Positions 8,359 through 17,775 of a DNA stretch of 64,000 nt are shown here, in pieces. The DNA is from Planctomycetota bacterium (lineage in GTDB: Bacteria; Planctomycetota; B15-G4; SIAN01): the NCBI GenBank assembly GCA_031409275.1, contig JANNXA010000022.1, positions 96,001 through 160,000 on the forward strand, read 5' to 3'. The notes beneath the pieces are model-generated. The model did no database searches and was not told the origin of the DNA. It saw only the letters and a list, made by a program, of their open reading frames with translations. The translations under genes were made by a program, and so were the position numbers. Numbering within the stretch: the stretch's first letter is position 1; every line of letters starts with the position of its first letter.

Positions 8359-9585
8359 CTACGGATTTCGCGCCGGCTTCGACTGGCGTGCGGCCGTGTA
8401 GTCGTGAAGTCGAGCGAGCTGGCGATACAGGTCGTGCTCGTGCGCGTGCATCGGGTTCTTGAAGAACGATGCGAGTTGCGTCATCGGTCCGCTCTCGCCA
8501 CGCGCCAACGCTCCGGCGGCGAAGCGCGCGAGGTCGAGGACGAGCGGTGCCGCCAGGATCGAGTCGCAGCCTTGCCAGGTGAACTGCATCGCCATCGGGT
8601 GGCCGAGGAACCCGCGGAAATGGATGTAGTCCCAGGCCACCTTGCTGTCGCCGAGCGATTCGACGTAGTCGATGCCCACGCGCGTGCGTACCGGCTGGCC
8701 GAGGATGCTGGCGAGGACGCTGTCCTTGGTGGCGATCTTCGAACTTTTGTTCTCGCCCTCGGCCAACACCTGGCCGTCGCGGTTGCCGAGGATGTTGTAG
8801 CCCACCCACGACATCACCTCGAGCTGGCGCGCACGGAACATGGGCGCCAAGCCCGATTTCACCAGCGTTTCGCCGGTTTTGCCGTCGTTCCCCATGTAGG
8901 GAAGTCCGCGCCTCGCGGCGAGCTCCTCGATCGCTCCGCAGAGGCACGACGGTGAGGCCGTGAAATTGATGAACGCCGCACCGCTCGCCATCGCGGCGTA
9001 GGCGTACAGCACGCCGGGACGAAACGCCGAGGCGGGCAGCTGGTCGAGCGCGCGATCGAGTCGATCGAGGTCGGACATGACCTCCGGGTTGGTCGGTGGC
9101 GGTTCGGTCGAGGCGACGTTCACGACGACAAGTGCCGAGAGTCCGCGCCGATTGCGAAAATCGCGAAGGTGCGACGCGAGAGTCTCGATGCACGTCCGGC
9201 CGGTTTCCGATGGGACGAGATGGGTAGGGTCGGCGATCGCCTCGATCGCCCCACCACCGCCGCGGGCCTGGCCGGGCCGGATCTCGCGATCGATCGCCGC
9301 GAGCTCGTCGCCGAGTCGGTCGATCCACTCGCTTCGAATGGAGCCATTCTCGTGGCCGATCAGGCGGGCCGCCTCGGCCAGCGCAACGGGGCGGATGTCG
9401 TGTCCGCCGAACACGAGTTGCGGGAGATCGGGGAGGCCGAGGCTCGCGAATTCCGGCGCGTCGCTGACCAGCGCCGTTCGACCCGCCAGTCCGTTCACGA
9501 TCGCGCGCGCTCCCACGATGGCGGTCGTGGCGAGCGTCCCTCCGGCGCCGACGAGCCAGACGCCGACCGATGGATTCGCACTCAT
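8359..9585 (-). CDS. ino1: myo-Inositol-1-phosphate synthase
   Basis: VGVWLVGAGG, VFGGHDI, VVNVASTE, GNDGKTGETLVK, NILGNRDG, LGDSKVAWD, GCDSILAAPLVLDL, FFKNP. Confidence 0.95.
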   Translation of the reverse strand: MSANPSVGVWLVGAGGTLATTAIVGARAIVNGLAGRTALVSDAPEFASLGLPDLPQLVFGGHDIRPVALAEAARLIGHENGSIRSEWIDRLGDELAAIDREIRPGQARGGGGAIEAIADPTHLVPSETGRTCIETLASHLRDFRNRRGLSALVVVNVASTEPPPTNPEVMSDLDRLDRALDQLPASAFRPGVLYAYAAMASGAAFINFTASPSCLCGAIEELAARRGLPYMGNDGKTGETLVKSGLAPMFRARQLEVMSWVGYNILGNRDGQVLAEGENKSSKIATKDSVLASILGQPVRTRVGIDYVESLGDSKVAWDYIHFRGFLGHPMAMQFTWQGCDSILAAPLVLDLARFAAGALARGESGPMTQLASFFKNPMHAHEHDLYRQLARLHDYTAARQSKPARNP

Positions 9586-9720
9586 AGGTGAGTATTCCGC
9601 GCGCTTCGAGGACCGGAGTGAAGTGGTACCAGTCGTGCTGGTGTCGATCTCAAGGAGAGTAACGCGGCGCAGCGTTTGGAGTTGCGTCGGTTGCCGCCGC
9701 TCGCCACGCAGGGCGTCCTC

Positions 9721-9749
9721 TTGCGCGCTCTACCGGCTGTGTCTAACAT
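9721..9749 (+). promoter_or_regulatory. Putative sigma70 promoter for the 9797 gene
   Basis: TTGCGC-N17-TAACAT, about 50 nt upstream of AAGGAGG-N5-TTG. Confidence 0.5.
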
Positions 9750-9796
9750 CTCCTGAAGCCCAAGCTCTAGTGATCGGGACGAAAAAGGAGGGTCGA

Positions 9797-10138
9797 TTGG
9801 CCGTCACCGCCAAGGAGCGCGAGACGCGTACGTCGCGGAAGAAGCGCTCCCCGAATATCCTTGAGCAACTCGTCGCCGGCTGCGATGCCGATCGCGTCGC
9901 GGTGCAGTTTGTCGACGGACGCACGCTCGAGGGGGCGCTGCTGTTCAACCCCATCAAGCGCAGTGGCAAGCTGATCAACGTCGAGCAGGAGTTCTCGCTC
10001 GACTTCGATCCACTTGAGGTCAAAGAGATCAAGATCGTGGTGGCGCGGCTGCCGTCCGCGCCCGTGGACCGTGTCGAGGCTCGGCCCGAGCGCGAGCCGA
10101 AGTACGTCGAACCGGTGGAAGACGCCGACGACGACTGA
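9797..10138 (+). CDS. Small protein (113 aa), possible Sm/Hfq-like fold
   Basis: Perfect RBS AAGGAGG before TTG; this is the 3' part of track ORF 9077..10138. Strong codon bias. RVAVQFVDGRTLEGAL resembles Sm1. Basic N-terminus, acidic tail. Confidence 0.75.
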   Translation: MAVTAKERETRTSRKKRSPNILEQLVAGCDADRVAVQFVDGRTLEGALLFNPIKRSGKLINVEQEFSLDFDPLEVKEIKIVVARLPSAPVDRVEARPEREPKYVEPVEDADDD

Positions 10139-10243
10139 TTCGGTCGGTCGGCACCGGTCGTCGCCCCCCCACCGGGTTGCCGCTTGAGCGGGTCGCGAGT
10201 CGTAGCGTCGCGGTAACCGAAACGGCCTCGACTCATGGTCAAC

Positions 10244-10273
10244 GCGCCCCCCAGGGCTTTTTCCGGGGGGCGC
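10244..10273 (+). terminator. GC-rich hairpin downstream of the 9797 gene
   Basis: GCGCCCCCC-12 nt-GGGGGGCGC. No clear U-tract directly after it. Confidence 0.35.
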
Positions 10274-10279
10274 CGCCGT

Positions 10280-10308
10280 TTCAAGTGGAATGGCGGTTGC
10301 TTTAGGAT
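10280..10308 (+). promoter_or_regulatory. Putative sigma70 promoter for the HEAT-repeat gene
   Basis: TTCAAG-N17-TAGGAT, about 90 nt upstream of ATG 10400. Confidence 0.45.
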
Positions 10309-10399
10309 TGGATCGTCCTTGTTCTCCCGGCACCTCGGGGGCTTCTCTCCCGAAAGTTCCGGTTCGCTTCTCACTCGTGATTCTTGGAGAGCCACTCCC

Positions 10400-12391
10400 A
10401 TGTCAACGGCTTGGCTGAAGACCGGCCTATCGGCAGCGATCGCGCTGCTCACGTGCGCCCCGGTGTGGGCGCATGGCGGCAACTACAAGGGGCCGACCGA
10501 CACCGTCCCGCCGAACCTTGGCGGTGGCGGTGACACGACCCCACCGGGCAACCCCGGTGGCCCCGGTACGCCCGGGCCTGGCGCTCCGACCACCGGTGGC
10601 CAGAAGGGCCCCGCGACCGGCGGCGTTCCGACCGGGCCGACGGGCGGCGCGGGCGCTGGCATGCGTCCGTCCACCGGCGGCATCGGCAGCAAGCGCGGCG
10701 GCGGCGAAGGATTCGAGCGCTGGGAGTTCTGGTGGGAGCACAACAAGGATCCGTTCCTGGACCTGAAGGCACGCCTTGCGAAGGGCGCGGTCTCTTCGGG
10801 TACCGGCGGCTTCCTCACCGGCCGTACCAAGCTCATCGAAGCGGTCAGCGCCAACCGGCCGACTGCGAGCGAGATCAAGGACAACCTGATTCCGGCGTTC
10901 ATCGAAGCGCTCGGCGAGAAGCATCCTGACATCGTCGACTCCGCGGCCCTCGCCATCGGGCGCACGCTGCGGTTCGAAGACGCGCAGCTCGTGATGCAGA
11001 CGCTGACGGGCGCGCTTGGACACTCGGAGAAGACCGGTCGCGAAGCCGCCACGCTCGCCATGGGCGTGCTCGGTTCGCCGAGCGCGGTCGAGACCTTGCG
11101 CGAATTGCTGAACGACACCAGCAAGGGACGGCAGCTCACCGGCCAGTCGGCGGGCGTCGAGGACATGGTCCGCGGGTTCGCGGCCGCTTCGCTCGGAATG
11201 ATCGGCGAGCCGGGCGCGATCGACGACCTGAAGAAGATCATCTCCGACGAGACGTTGGCATCGAAGCTCGACGTCAAGGCCCTCTCGATCCTCGCGCTGG
11301 GGATGATGAGGGAGCGTCATGAGGAGGTCGCTTCCTTCCTGCTTGGCGTGATGGAAGATCGCTCGCTGAACATCTACGTTCGCGCGCAGGCTCCGATCGC
11401 GCTTGGCCGGCTGAATCGTCAGTCGGACGCCGGATCCCCCGCGGCGCACCTGGTGCTCGCGCCGAAGATCGTGCCGATGTTCCAGGACGACAAGGCCGAC
11501 AACGACCTGCGCCGTTCGCTCGCGATCTGCATCGGCATGCTTGCGACCGTCGAAGACACCGAGTCGATCGAGGCGCTCCTGAACGCGGTCGCCAAGGGCA
11601 GCGATGACCAGACGCGTCACTTCTCGATCATGGCGCTCGCTCAGATCGGCGCGCGCGATGCCGAGCCCGCCAAGCACGAGGATGCGCACACGAAGCTGCG
11701 CGAGTTCTTCCTGCGCGAGCTGACCCAGCCGAAGAAGATCACGCACCAGCCGTTCGGTGCACTCGGCCTCGCGGTCTATGCGCGCAACGAGAAGCTCACG
11801 CCCGAAGTGAAGGCGCAGGCGCAGACCAAGCTGCTCGAAGCCTTCGAGCAGACCAGCAACCCCTCCTATCAGGGCGCGATGGCCATCGGGCTCGGCTTGC
11901 TCGACTACAAGCTCGGCGGCGAGAAGCTGTGGGCGAAGTTCGAGGACTCGAACGATCAGCCGCTCAAGGGCTACATCGCGGTTTCCCTCGGCCTCATGCG
12001 TGTCAATTCGAAGGCGGAGACGCTGCGCAAGCTCATCACGAGCAAGGGCCTCGAGCAGAAGTTCAAGCTGCAGCTGGCGCGGTCGCTCGGCCTCATGGGC
12101 GACACGGCGGCGGTGCAGACGCTGATCGAGTACCTCCAGTCGGCAGAGACGCTGGCGGAGTCGTCCTCGGCGGCGCAGGCCCTCGGCCTGATCGGCGATC
12201 GCAGCGCGGTCGATCCGCTGCTCGCCATCTTGCGCAACAAGTCGAAGCAGCCGCTCCAGCGCGGTTTCGCGGCGGTCGCGCTCGGCATCATCGCCGAGAA
12301 GACGACGCTGCCGTGGAATGCGTGCTTCTCGGTCAACGCGAACTACCGTGCCAAGGTGAACGCGCTGTCCGAGATCCTCGACATCCTCTGA
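10400..12391 (+). CDS. Exported HEAT-repeat (alpha-solenoid) protein
   Basis: Signal peptide ending VWA|HGG, Gly/Pro/Thr linker, WEFWWEHNKDP motif, many AALALG.IG-type HEAT repeats. GGAG upstream of ATG 10400. Confidence 0.9.
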   Translation: MSTAWLKTGLSAAIALLTCAPVWAHGGNYKGPTDTVPPNLGGGGDTTPPGNPGGPGTPGPGAPTTGGQKGPATGGVPTGPTGGAGAGMRPSTGGIGSKRGGGEGFERWEFWWEHNKDPFLDLKARLAKGAVSSGTGGFLTGRTKLIEAVSANRPTASEIKDNLIPAFIEALGEKHPDIVDSAALAIGRTLRFEDAQLVMQTLTGALGHSEKTGREAATLAMGVLGSPSAVETLRELLNDTSKGRQLTGQSAGVEDMVRGFAAASLGMIGEPGAIDDLKKIISDETLASKLDVKALSILALGMMRERHEEVASFLLGVMEDRSLNIYVRAQAPIALGRLNRQSDAGSPAAHLVLAPKIVPMFQDDKADNDLRRSLAICIGMLATVEDTESIEALLNAVAKGSDDQTRHFSIMALAQIGARDAEPAKHEDAHTKLREFFLRELTQPKKITHQPFGALGLAVYARNEKLTPEVKAQAQTKLLEAFEQTSNPSYQGAMAIGLGLLDYKLGGEKLWAKFEDSNDQPLKGYIAVSLGLMRVNSKAETLRKLITSKGLEQKFKLQLARSLGLMGDTAAVQTLIEYLQSAETLAESSSAAQALGLIGDRSAVDPLLAILRNKSKQPLQRGFAAVALGIIAEKTTLPWNACFSVNANYRAKVNALSEILDIL

Positions 12392-12420
12392 GAGTCGACT
12401 CCGGTTCCTGAATGATCCTC

Positions 12421-12453
12421 ACCGGCCCGCCCCGTGACTCGGGGCGGGCCGGT
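12421..12453. terminator. Intrinsic terminator-like hairpin between convergent genes
   Basis: Perfect 14-bp stem ACCGGCCCGCCCCG-TGACT-CGGGGCGGGCCGGT followed by TCATTT. Confidence 0.75.
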
Positions 12454-12506
12454 TCATTTCCAGCGAGCCGGCTCCCGTCCGTTGCGCCGTGGGTCGACGC
12501 CGCCAG

Positions 12507-13022
12507 TCAGCGTCCGGCGCGAGTGGCCCGCCAGCCCAACCACACGGCGCCCGCGAGCAGCAAGACGCTGCCCCACTCGATCGTCGTGAGCATCGTCAGC
12601 TGGCGTGCCACCGGGTCGAGATCGAGCCGCTGCGAGCGGAGCCCGTCGGCATCGGCGCGCGCGCGAATCCTCAGCGGCTCGGCGTCCGCGTTCGAGCGCG
12701 ATTCGATGGTCGCGAAGTCGGCCGCAGCGGCCGCGAGGTCGCCGGCCATCCAGCGGGTGTAGGCGCGCTGCAGCAGGAGTTGCGGCTCGTCGACGTGGCG
12801 CTCGAGCAAATGGGTCAGCGTCCTTTCGCTTGCCTCGAAGTGGCCGCGCTGGCGTTCGAGGAAGGCGCGAAACGTTCCCGCATCGAGGGCGTCCGCAGGC
12901 GCATGGTTCAAGCGCTCGATCGCCGCGTCGAGCTCCCCCGCAGCGACCTCGTTTTCGGCGCTCTCGACGAGCGTGCGGACGGCAGCGTCCTGCGCCTGCT
13001 CGTGCGTGGCCCGCGGATTCAT
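12507..13022 (-). CDS. TPR-like protein with C-terminal TM helix
   Basis: ATGA overlap with the upstream gene. Helical repeats; C-terminal WGSVLLLAGAVWLGW. Confidence 0.65.
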   Translation of the reverse strand: MNPRATHEQAQDAAVRTLVESAENEVAAGELDAAIERLNHAPADALDAGTFRAFLERQRGHFEASERTLTHLLERHVDEPQLLLQRAYTRWMAGDLAAAAADFATIESRSNADAEPLRIRARADADGLRSQRLDLDPVARQLTMLTTIEWGSVLLLAGAVWLGWRATRAGR

Positions 13023-14620
13023 CGCGACGAGTCCGTCTGCGCCGCGAGCAGTCGCTGCGCCCTCTGCGACAGGCGCAGCTCCTGCTCGCGATCGAACCAG
13101 CCGCCGTCGTCGTCGATGACTCGATCGGTCGCCGCGGCGCGCCGCACGAAAAACTGCCCCGGTGCCGTGAGCTGTCGCGCGAGCGCCGCAAGTTCCGCCG
13201 GCCAGCTTTCGACGTCCCAATCGCGCGGGTGACGCGTGGGTTCGCCCTTGCGCGCCCAGATGATCTGGTTGGCGGTGCGCGGCAGCGTGGCGACCACGAC
13301 GCCGTGCTCGAAGAGCGATGCGAGCGTTCCTGCGAGCGCTTCCGTCACGCGATCGGCGGCGCCGTAGCCGAAGGCATTCAGCGCAACCACGCCGCCCGGT
13401 TCGAGCCGCTCGATCAGCGCCTCGAAGAACTCGCGCGACGCGACGTGGGACGGCACGAACGACTGGCGCGCGTAGCAGTCGACGATGATGAGATCGAAGC
13501 GCGAGCGCGAGTGGTCGACGAAGGTGCGAGCGTCGAGGTCGGTCCAGATCACCAGGCGCGGATCTTCGGGGAGCCCGAGGTGCGTGCGGCCGAGCGCCAC
13601 GGCTTCCGGGTCGAGCTCGACTCCTTCGATCCGCAGATCGCAACGCGGACCGACCAGCGCGAGCAGCTGGCGCGCGTGCGTCCCCGCTCCGAGGCCCAAC
13701 ACGGCGACGGCGAGCTTGCCGTCATGGATCGCGTCGAGCGCCAGCAGGTTGAAGTAGTCGTAGTAGAGGCCGCCGGTCAGCACTCCGTTCACCGGCGTGA
13801 GCGATTGGAACGAGTCGTGGCCTTCGTCGATCGCGAGCACGCGTGCGCCGTCGAGGTCGTTGCGCTGCCGGATTTCGAGGTGCTGGTAGCGACTGTCGCG
13901 TGCGGTGACGAGCTCGCCGAGCGCTGCGCCCGGAGTCGCCGAGCGGATGGCGTCGAGCGAGAGGCTCGCGATCGCCAGCGCCCCGATCAGCGCGCCCGCG
14001 AGCGCCGCTTGCTGCCGTCGCGCGGCCCACCAGGCCGGTACCGAGGCCAACGCGACCAGTCCGGCCGCGAGCAACAGGGTGCCCCGGGTGCCGAACGTCG
14101 GCACCAGCCAGTAGCTCGTCGCGAACGAGCCGACGATCGAGCCGGTGGTGGCGCTGCCATAGAGCAGGCCGCTCTTGCGCCCCACGTCCTCCAGTCGCGT
14201 CGCGGCGCATCGGACCAGGAACGGCGGCACGGCGCCGAGCAGGAGCACGGGCGGCACGAAACAGAGCAGCGTTGCGACGAACGAACCGCGCAGCAGGAAC
14301 GGGTAAGCCGCTTCGAGGGGCAACGCGTCCGGCAGCAGAGCGCGCGCCACCGGGCCGGGCAGGAACGCGGCGGCGGCGATCAGCCCCGCAGCGCACAGCA
14401 GCAGTGCACCGAGCCAGGCCGCCGGCCGCGCTTTGCGATCGGCAAGCCGGCCGCCAATCGTGCTGCCGATCGCGAGGCCGGCCAGGACCAGCCCGATGAC
14501 GTTGCACCAGACGAACTGCGCCTGTCCGAACCACGGCGCGAGCGCACGCGTCGCGGTCATCTCGACCACGAGGACGCCGGCGCCGGAGAGGAACGCGGTG
14601 AGCCAGTAGGCGAGCAGCAC
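13019..14620 (-). CDS. Fused membrane domain / spermidine-synthase-like SAM-dependent transferase
   Basis: FLSGAGVLVVEM...LAPWFG TM block, then VLGLGAGT, GVELDP, FDLIIVDCY, LEPGGVVALN. Confidence 0.9.
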   Translation of the reverse strand: MLLAYWLTAFLSGAGVLVVEMTATRALAPWFGQAQFVWCNVIGLVLAGLAIGSTIGGRLADRKARPAAWLGALLLCAAGLIAAAAFLPGPVARALLPDALPLEAAYPFLLRGSFVATLLCFVPPVLLLGAVPPFLVRCAATRLEDVGRKSGLLYGSATTGSIVGSFATSYWLVPTFGTRGTLLLAAGLVALASVPAWWAARRQQAALAGALIGALAIASLSLDAIRSATPGAALGELVTARDSRYQHLEIRQRNDLDGARVLAIDEGHDSFQSLTPVNGVLTGGLYYDYFNLLALDAIHDGKLAVAVLGLGAGTHARQLLALVGPRCDLRIEGVELDPEAVALGRTHLGLPEDPRLVIWTDLDARTFVDHSRSRFDLIIVDCYARQSFVPSHVASREFFEALIERLEPGGVVALNAFGYGAADRVTEALAGTLASLFEHGVVVATLPRTANQIIWARKGEPTRHPRDWDVESWPAELAALARQLTAPGQFFVRRAAATDRVIDDDGGWFDREQELRLSQRAQRLLAAQTDSSR

Positions 14621-14623
14621 CGC

Positions 14624-16072
14624 TCAGCCGAGCTCGACCGAGATCATCGCCACGTAGACCTCACCGGTGTTGCAGAACGGCCGGAACCAGGCCCACTGCA
14701 GCGTCTGCTCGAGGACGCGCTTCACCGTTCCTTCGAAGCGGACGGTCTCCTTCGGCGCCTCCGTCTCCTTGGGCGCTTCGGCTTCGTCGGCAGCCTTCTT
14801 GTCGGCGACCAATCGATGGAGCACTCGCACGGGCTTCGACAGGTCGAGCACCTCGTCGTTCAGGTAGATCTCGAAGCTCGTCACCTTCTCGTTGGACACG
14901 ACGGTGATCTCGTTCTTGGCCGGGTCGACCACGGCGTTGATCTTGAGCGAGAGCTTCTCTTTGGTCGGGTCTTCGCCCGTGACGCGCAACCAGAAGCTCG
15001 AGGCGTAGCGCAGGTCCTGAGTCTCGATCACCAGCTTCTTCGGGGCGAACTGCTTGGGGTGGTCCGCCATCCAGGCGAGCAATGCGGCGTCGTCGAGAAC
15101 GTCCTTCTGCTCGATCACGAAGCCGTCCTTGCCCGTCCACTCGTCGTTGAACTCCTTGGTCTCGGCGCCGACGAAGAGCACCGGGGTGCCGATGCAGTTG
15201 CCGAAGTCGATCTGCTGCGGCGGCGGGCCGCGCACGATCGCGCCGGTCTGCGCGCCCGGGAAGCGCGCGCAGAAGAGCAGCGCCGCCATCGCCCCGGCGC
15301 CGTGTCCGTCGATGAAGATGCGGCGAGAGTCGAAGTTGGCGTTCTTCGAGATGATCTCGGAGAAGCTGCGGAACACCCACAAGGCGCCGTTGTCGCTGTC
15401 CCACCGCGGTCGCGAGAAGGAGACGTTGTCGCTGCCGCGCAGCGCGAGGTCCATGATCGGGCAGATCACGATGGCTTTCGCGAGCAGCTCCTTCGAGTAG
15501 GTCGCCGTCGCCCACGCCTTCACCTTGTCTTCGATCGCCTTGCTCTTGGTCAACTCCTTCAGGGAGCGGACCTCGTCCTCCATCGGATGCAACCCGATGA
15601 TCACCGGGTAGGCCACCTTGGCGAAGTCGGTCGGCAAGGAGACGAACGCCTTCATCCGATTGTCGAACGCACCGCCGAGCTCCTTCTCATCAGAGCCGGT
15701 GTCGATCGGGCACGGGACGTCGACGCGGCGCAGGTCGGTGCGCCACGAAATATTGACGGTCGGCTTCTCGACCGACAGTCCACGTCGGACGATCTCGCGC
15801 CAATCGTCGACGGCGATCAGCGGATCGGTGAACTTCGCCTGCTTGGCGCTCTTCCCGGCATCGTCGAGGAGCTTCAACAACTCCTTGTTCGCCTTGGTCA
15901 GCTCCTCCTTCTCGAAGCTCGCGTAGTAGTTGCGCACGAGCTTGCCGAGCCGTTCGTAGCTGCTCGCCCCGAGGGTCGGCGCTTGCTCCTGAGCGGGCGC
16001 GACCGCAAGCGAACCGGCGAGCGCAACGGCGCCGACGCGAGTGAGCAGCGCGAGGATCGAGGCGCGAATCAT
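14624..16072 (-). CDS. Exported alpha/beta-hydrolase-fold protein, likely inactive
   Basis: Signal peptide; VSLPTDF..VAYPVIIGLH; FDSRRIFIDGHGAGA at the nucleophile-elbow position. GGAG upstream of ATG 16072. Confidence 0.75.
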   Translation of the reverse strand: MIRASILALLTRVGAVALAGSLAVAPAQEQAPTLGASSYERLGKLVRNYYASFEKEELTKANKELLKLLDDAGKSAKQAKFTDPLIAVDDWREIVRRGLSVEKPTVNISWRTDLRRVDVPCPIDTGSDEKELGGAFDNRMKAFVSLPTDFAKVAYPVIIGLHPMEDEVRSLKELTKSKAIEDKVKAWATATYSKELLAKAIVICPIMDLALRGSDNVSFSRPRWDSDNGALWVFRSFSEIISKNANFDSRRIFIDGHGAGAMAALLFCARFPGAQTGAIVRGPPPQQIDFGNCIGTPVLFVGAETKEFNDEWTGKDGFVIEQKDVLDDAALLAWMADHPKQFAPKKLVIETQDLRYASSFWLRVTGEDPTKEKLSLKINAVVDPAKNEITVVSNEKVTSFEIYLNDEVLDLSKPVRVLHRLVADKKAADEAEAPKETEAPKETVRFEGTVKRVLEQTLQWAWFRPFCNTGEVYVAMISVELG

Positions 16073-16211
16073 CGACGTCTCCAGTGGCGCGGTGCGCCGC
16101 TCCGTTCCGAGGGAGAGAGAGCGGACGAGCATCCGCTCTCTTGTCCGCAACGGCGGGCCCATTCGAAGCTTCGGGAAAGATGGCAAAGCCAGACCCATCA
16201 AGGAGTTGCGG

Positions 16212-16240
16212 AGCCTAGGAGGCGCCGCAGGGGGTGTCAA
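16212..16240 (-). promoter_or_regulatory. Sigma70 promoter for the 16072 operon
   Basis: Minus strand TTGACA-N17-TAGGCT. Confidence 0.7.
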
Positions 16241-16305
16241 CGCGCCCACGATCGAGGAGCCCGCCCGAGGCGCAGCCGTTGCACGGCGATCGGTGGCGCG
16301 TGCGC

Positions 16306-17775
16306 TCATGGCGGTGCGTCGGCGAGACAAAGCTCTCGATAGAAGCGCACCCGAGCGCGCGACGGGTCGAGCGCCAGAGTGCGGGCGAAGTACCCGGCCG
16401 CGACTCGCGGATCGTGGTCGTCTTGGAAGGCGAAGATCCCGAGGTTCTCGCCCCCGTCTGCCGAACCGCCCGCGAGCGCCCGCTCGAACAACTGGCGCGC
16501 GCGCGCTCGCTCGCCTTGCGCATGCAAGAGCAGGCCGAAGTCGTTCAGCAGCTGCGGCTCGTCCGGACGCGCCGCGAGCCCAGCTTCATAGGCGGCGATG
16601 GCGCGCTCGACGTTGCCGAGCGACTTGTGGCAGAGCGGTCGCCCGACGTGCGACCAGAAGTTGGTCGGGTCACGGACGAGGACCCGCTCGTAGAGCTCGA
16701 GCGCTTCGGTGAAGCGGCGCGCCCGGGCGCGCGCGACGGCGACGCCGACGATCCCGTCGAGCGCTTCCTGTGTCAGCTCGCCGCGCGTCTTGAGGAGCTC
16801 ATCAAAATGCGGCAACGCGGCTTCGGCCTTACCGGAGGTCAGCAGGGCGCGGCCGAGGTAGGAGCGTGCGCGCGGCCCAAAGCGCGGATCGAGGATGCAG
16901 GGCTCGAGGTCGCTGACGGCGCCGGCTGCATCCCCCATGAGCAGCCGCGTCGCGCCGCGGTAGTAGCGGTAGGCCAGTTCGCTCGGGACGCGTTCGAGCA
17001 GCGCGGAATAGAGGAAGAGCTTCTTTTCGAACTCGCCGTCGCCGCTCGCATTCCACGCGAGGTAGCTCAGCTCGAACGGGTCGGCGCCGTCGGCCGCCGC
17101 CTGCAGCACCGCCGCGTGGAGTCCCTCCCGATCGCCGCGCGCCGCCCGAACGCGCATGCGCTCGATCACGACCTGAGCGTCGTCGAGGTCGTTCGCGGAA
17201 CGGGCCGAGTCGATCACGGCCTGCGCCTCATCGACGCGGTCGCGCAACGCGAGGAAACGGACGAGCTCACCGAGGAGCAGCCTGCGGGTGCTGCGCGCCG
17301 CGGCATCCTCGCAGGGTCTCGCGATTGCATCGCGAAGAGTTGCTTCCGCCTCCTGCTCTCGCTGGAGGAGGACATGGCAGGTCGCAGCGCCGATCGCCGC
17401 GTGGACCCGTTGGGCGACGTCCGTCTCGGCCTCGCGATGGAGCGCGAGCGCCTCTTCGAGGATGCCGCGTCGCAGCGAGCGGCCCAGATCGGACGTTGCT
17501 TCGAGAGCGTTGGCTCGCTCGATCAGCACGTTGCCGAGTGCGACGAGCAGCACGGGATCGCGCTTCGTCGCGACGGCGTCGCGCAGCAGATCCTCGGCTT
17601 CGCCCGCGCGCCCGTTCGCGACCAGCTCGACCGCCTGCGCCGCGGCCTCCGTCTCGCGGCCCGCGGGCACCACCTGCGCCGTCGACGGCGCCGCCAACGG
17701 CCCCATCGATCCAATCGCCACGGCGAGGAGCCACGCCAGCGCGCAGCGGCCCCTGCCTCGCGGTCCCATGTTCAC
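16306..17775 (-). CDS. Exported TPR protein
   Basis: Signal peptide and multiple TPRs (ALELYERVLVRDP, AIAAYEAGLAARPD, LLNDFG). GTGA overlap with the NUDIX gene. Confidence 0.85.
   Translation of the reverse strand: MNMGPRGRGRCALAWLLAVAIGSMGPLAAPSTAQVVPAGRETEAAAQAVELVANGRAGEAEDLLRDAVATKRDPVLLVALGNVLIERANALEATSDLGRSLRRGILEEALALHREAETDVAQRVHAAIGAATCHVLLQREQEAEATLRDAIARPCEDAAARSTRRLLLGELVRFLALRDRVDEAQAVIDSARSANDLDDAQVVIERMRVRAARGDREGLHAAVLQAAADGADPFELSYLAWNASGDGEFEKKLFLYSALLERVPSELAYRYYRGATRLLMGDAAGAVSDLEPCILDPRFGPRARSYLGRALLTSGKAEAALPHFDELLKTRGELTQEALDGIVGVAVARARARRFTEALELYERVLVRDPTNFWSHVGRPLCHKSLGNVERAIAAYEAGLAARPDEPQLLNDFGLLLHAQGERARARQLFERALAGGSADGGENLGIFAFQDDHDPRVAAGYFARTLALDPSRARVRFYRELCLADAPP

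Noticed and set aside
12605..16342. 1245-aa plus-strand ORF
   Set aside because: Arg/Ala-rich, no motifs, antisense to three well-supported genes. Typical high-GC shadow frame.
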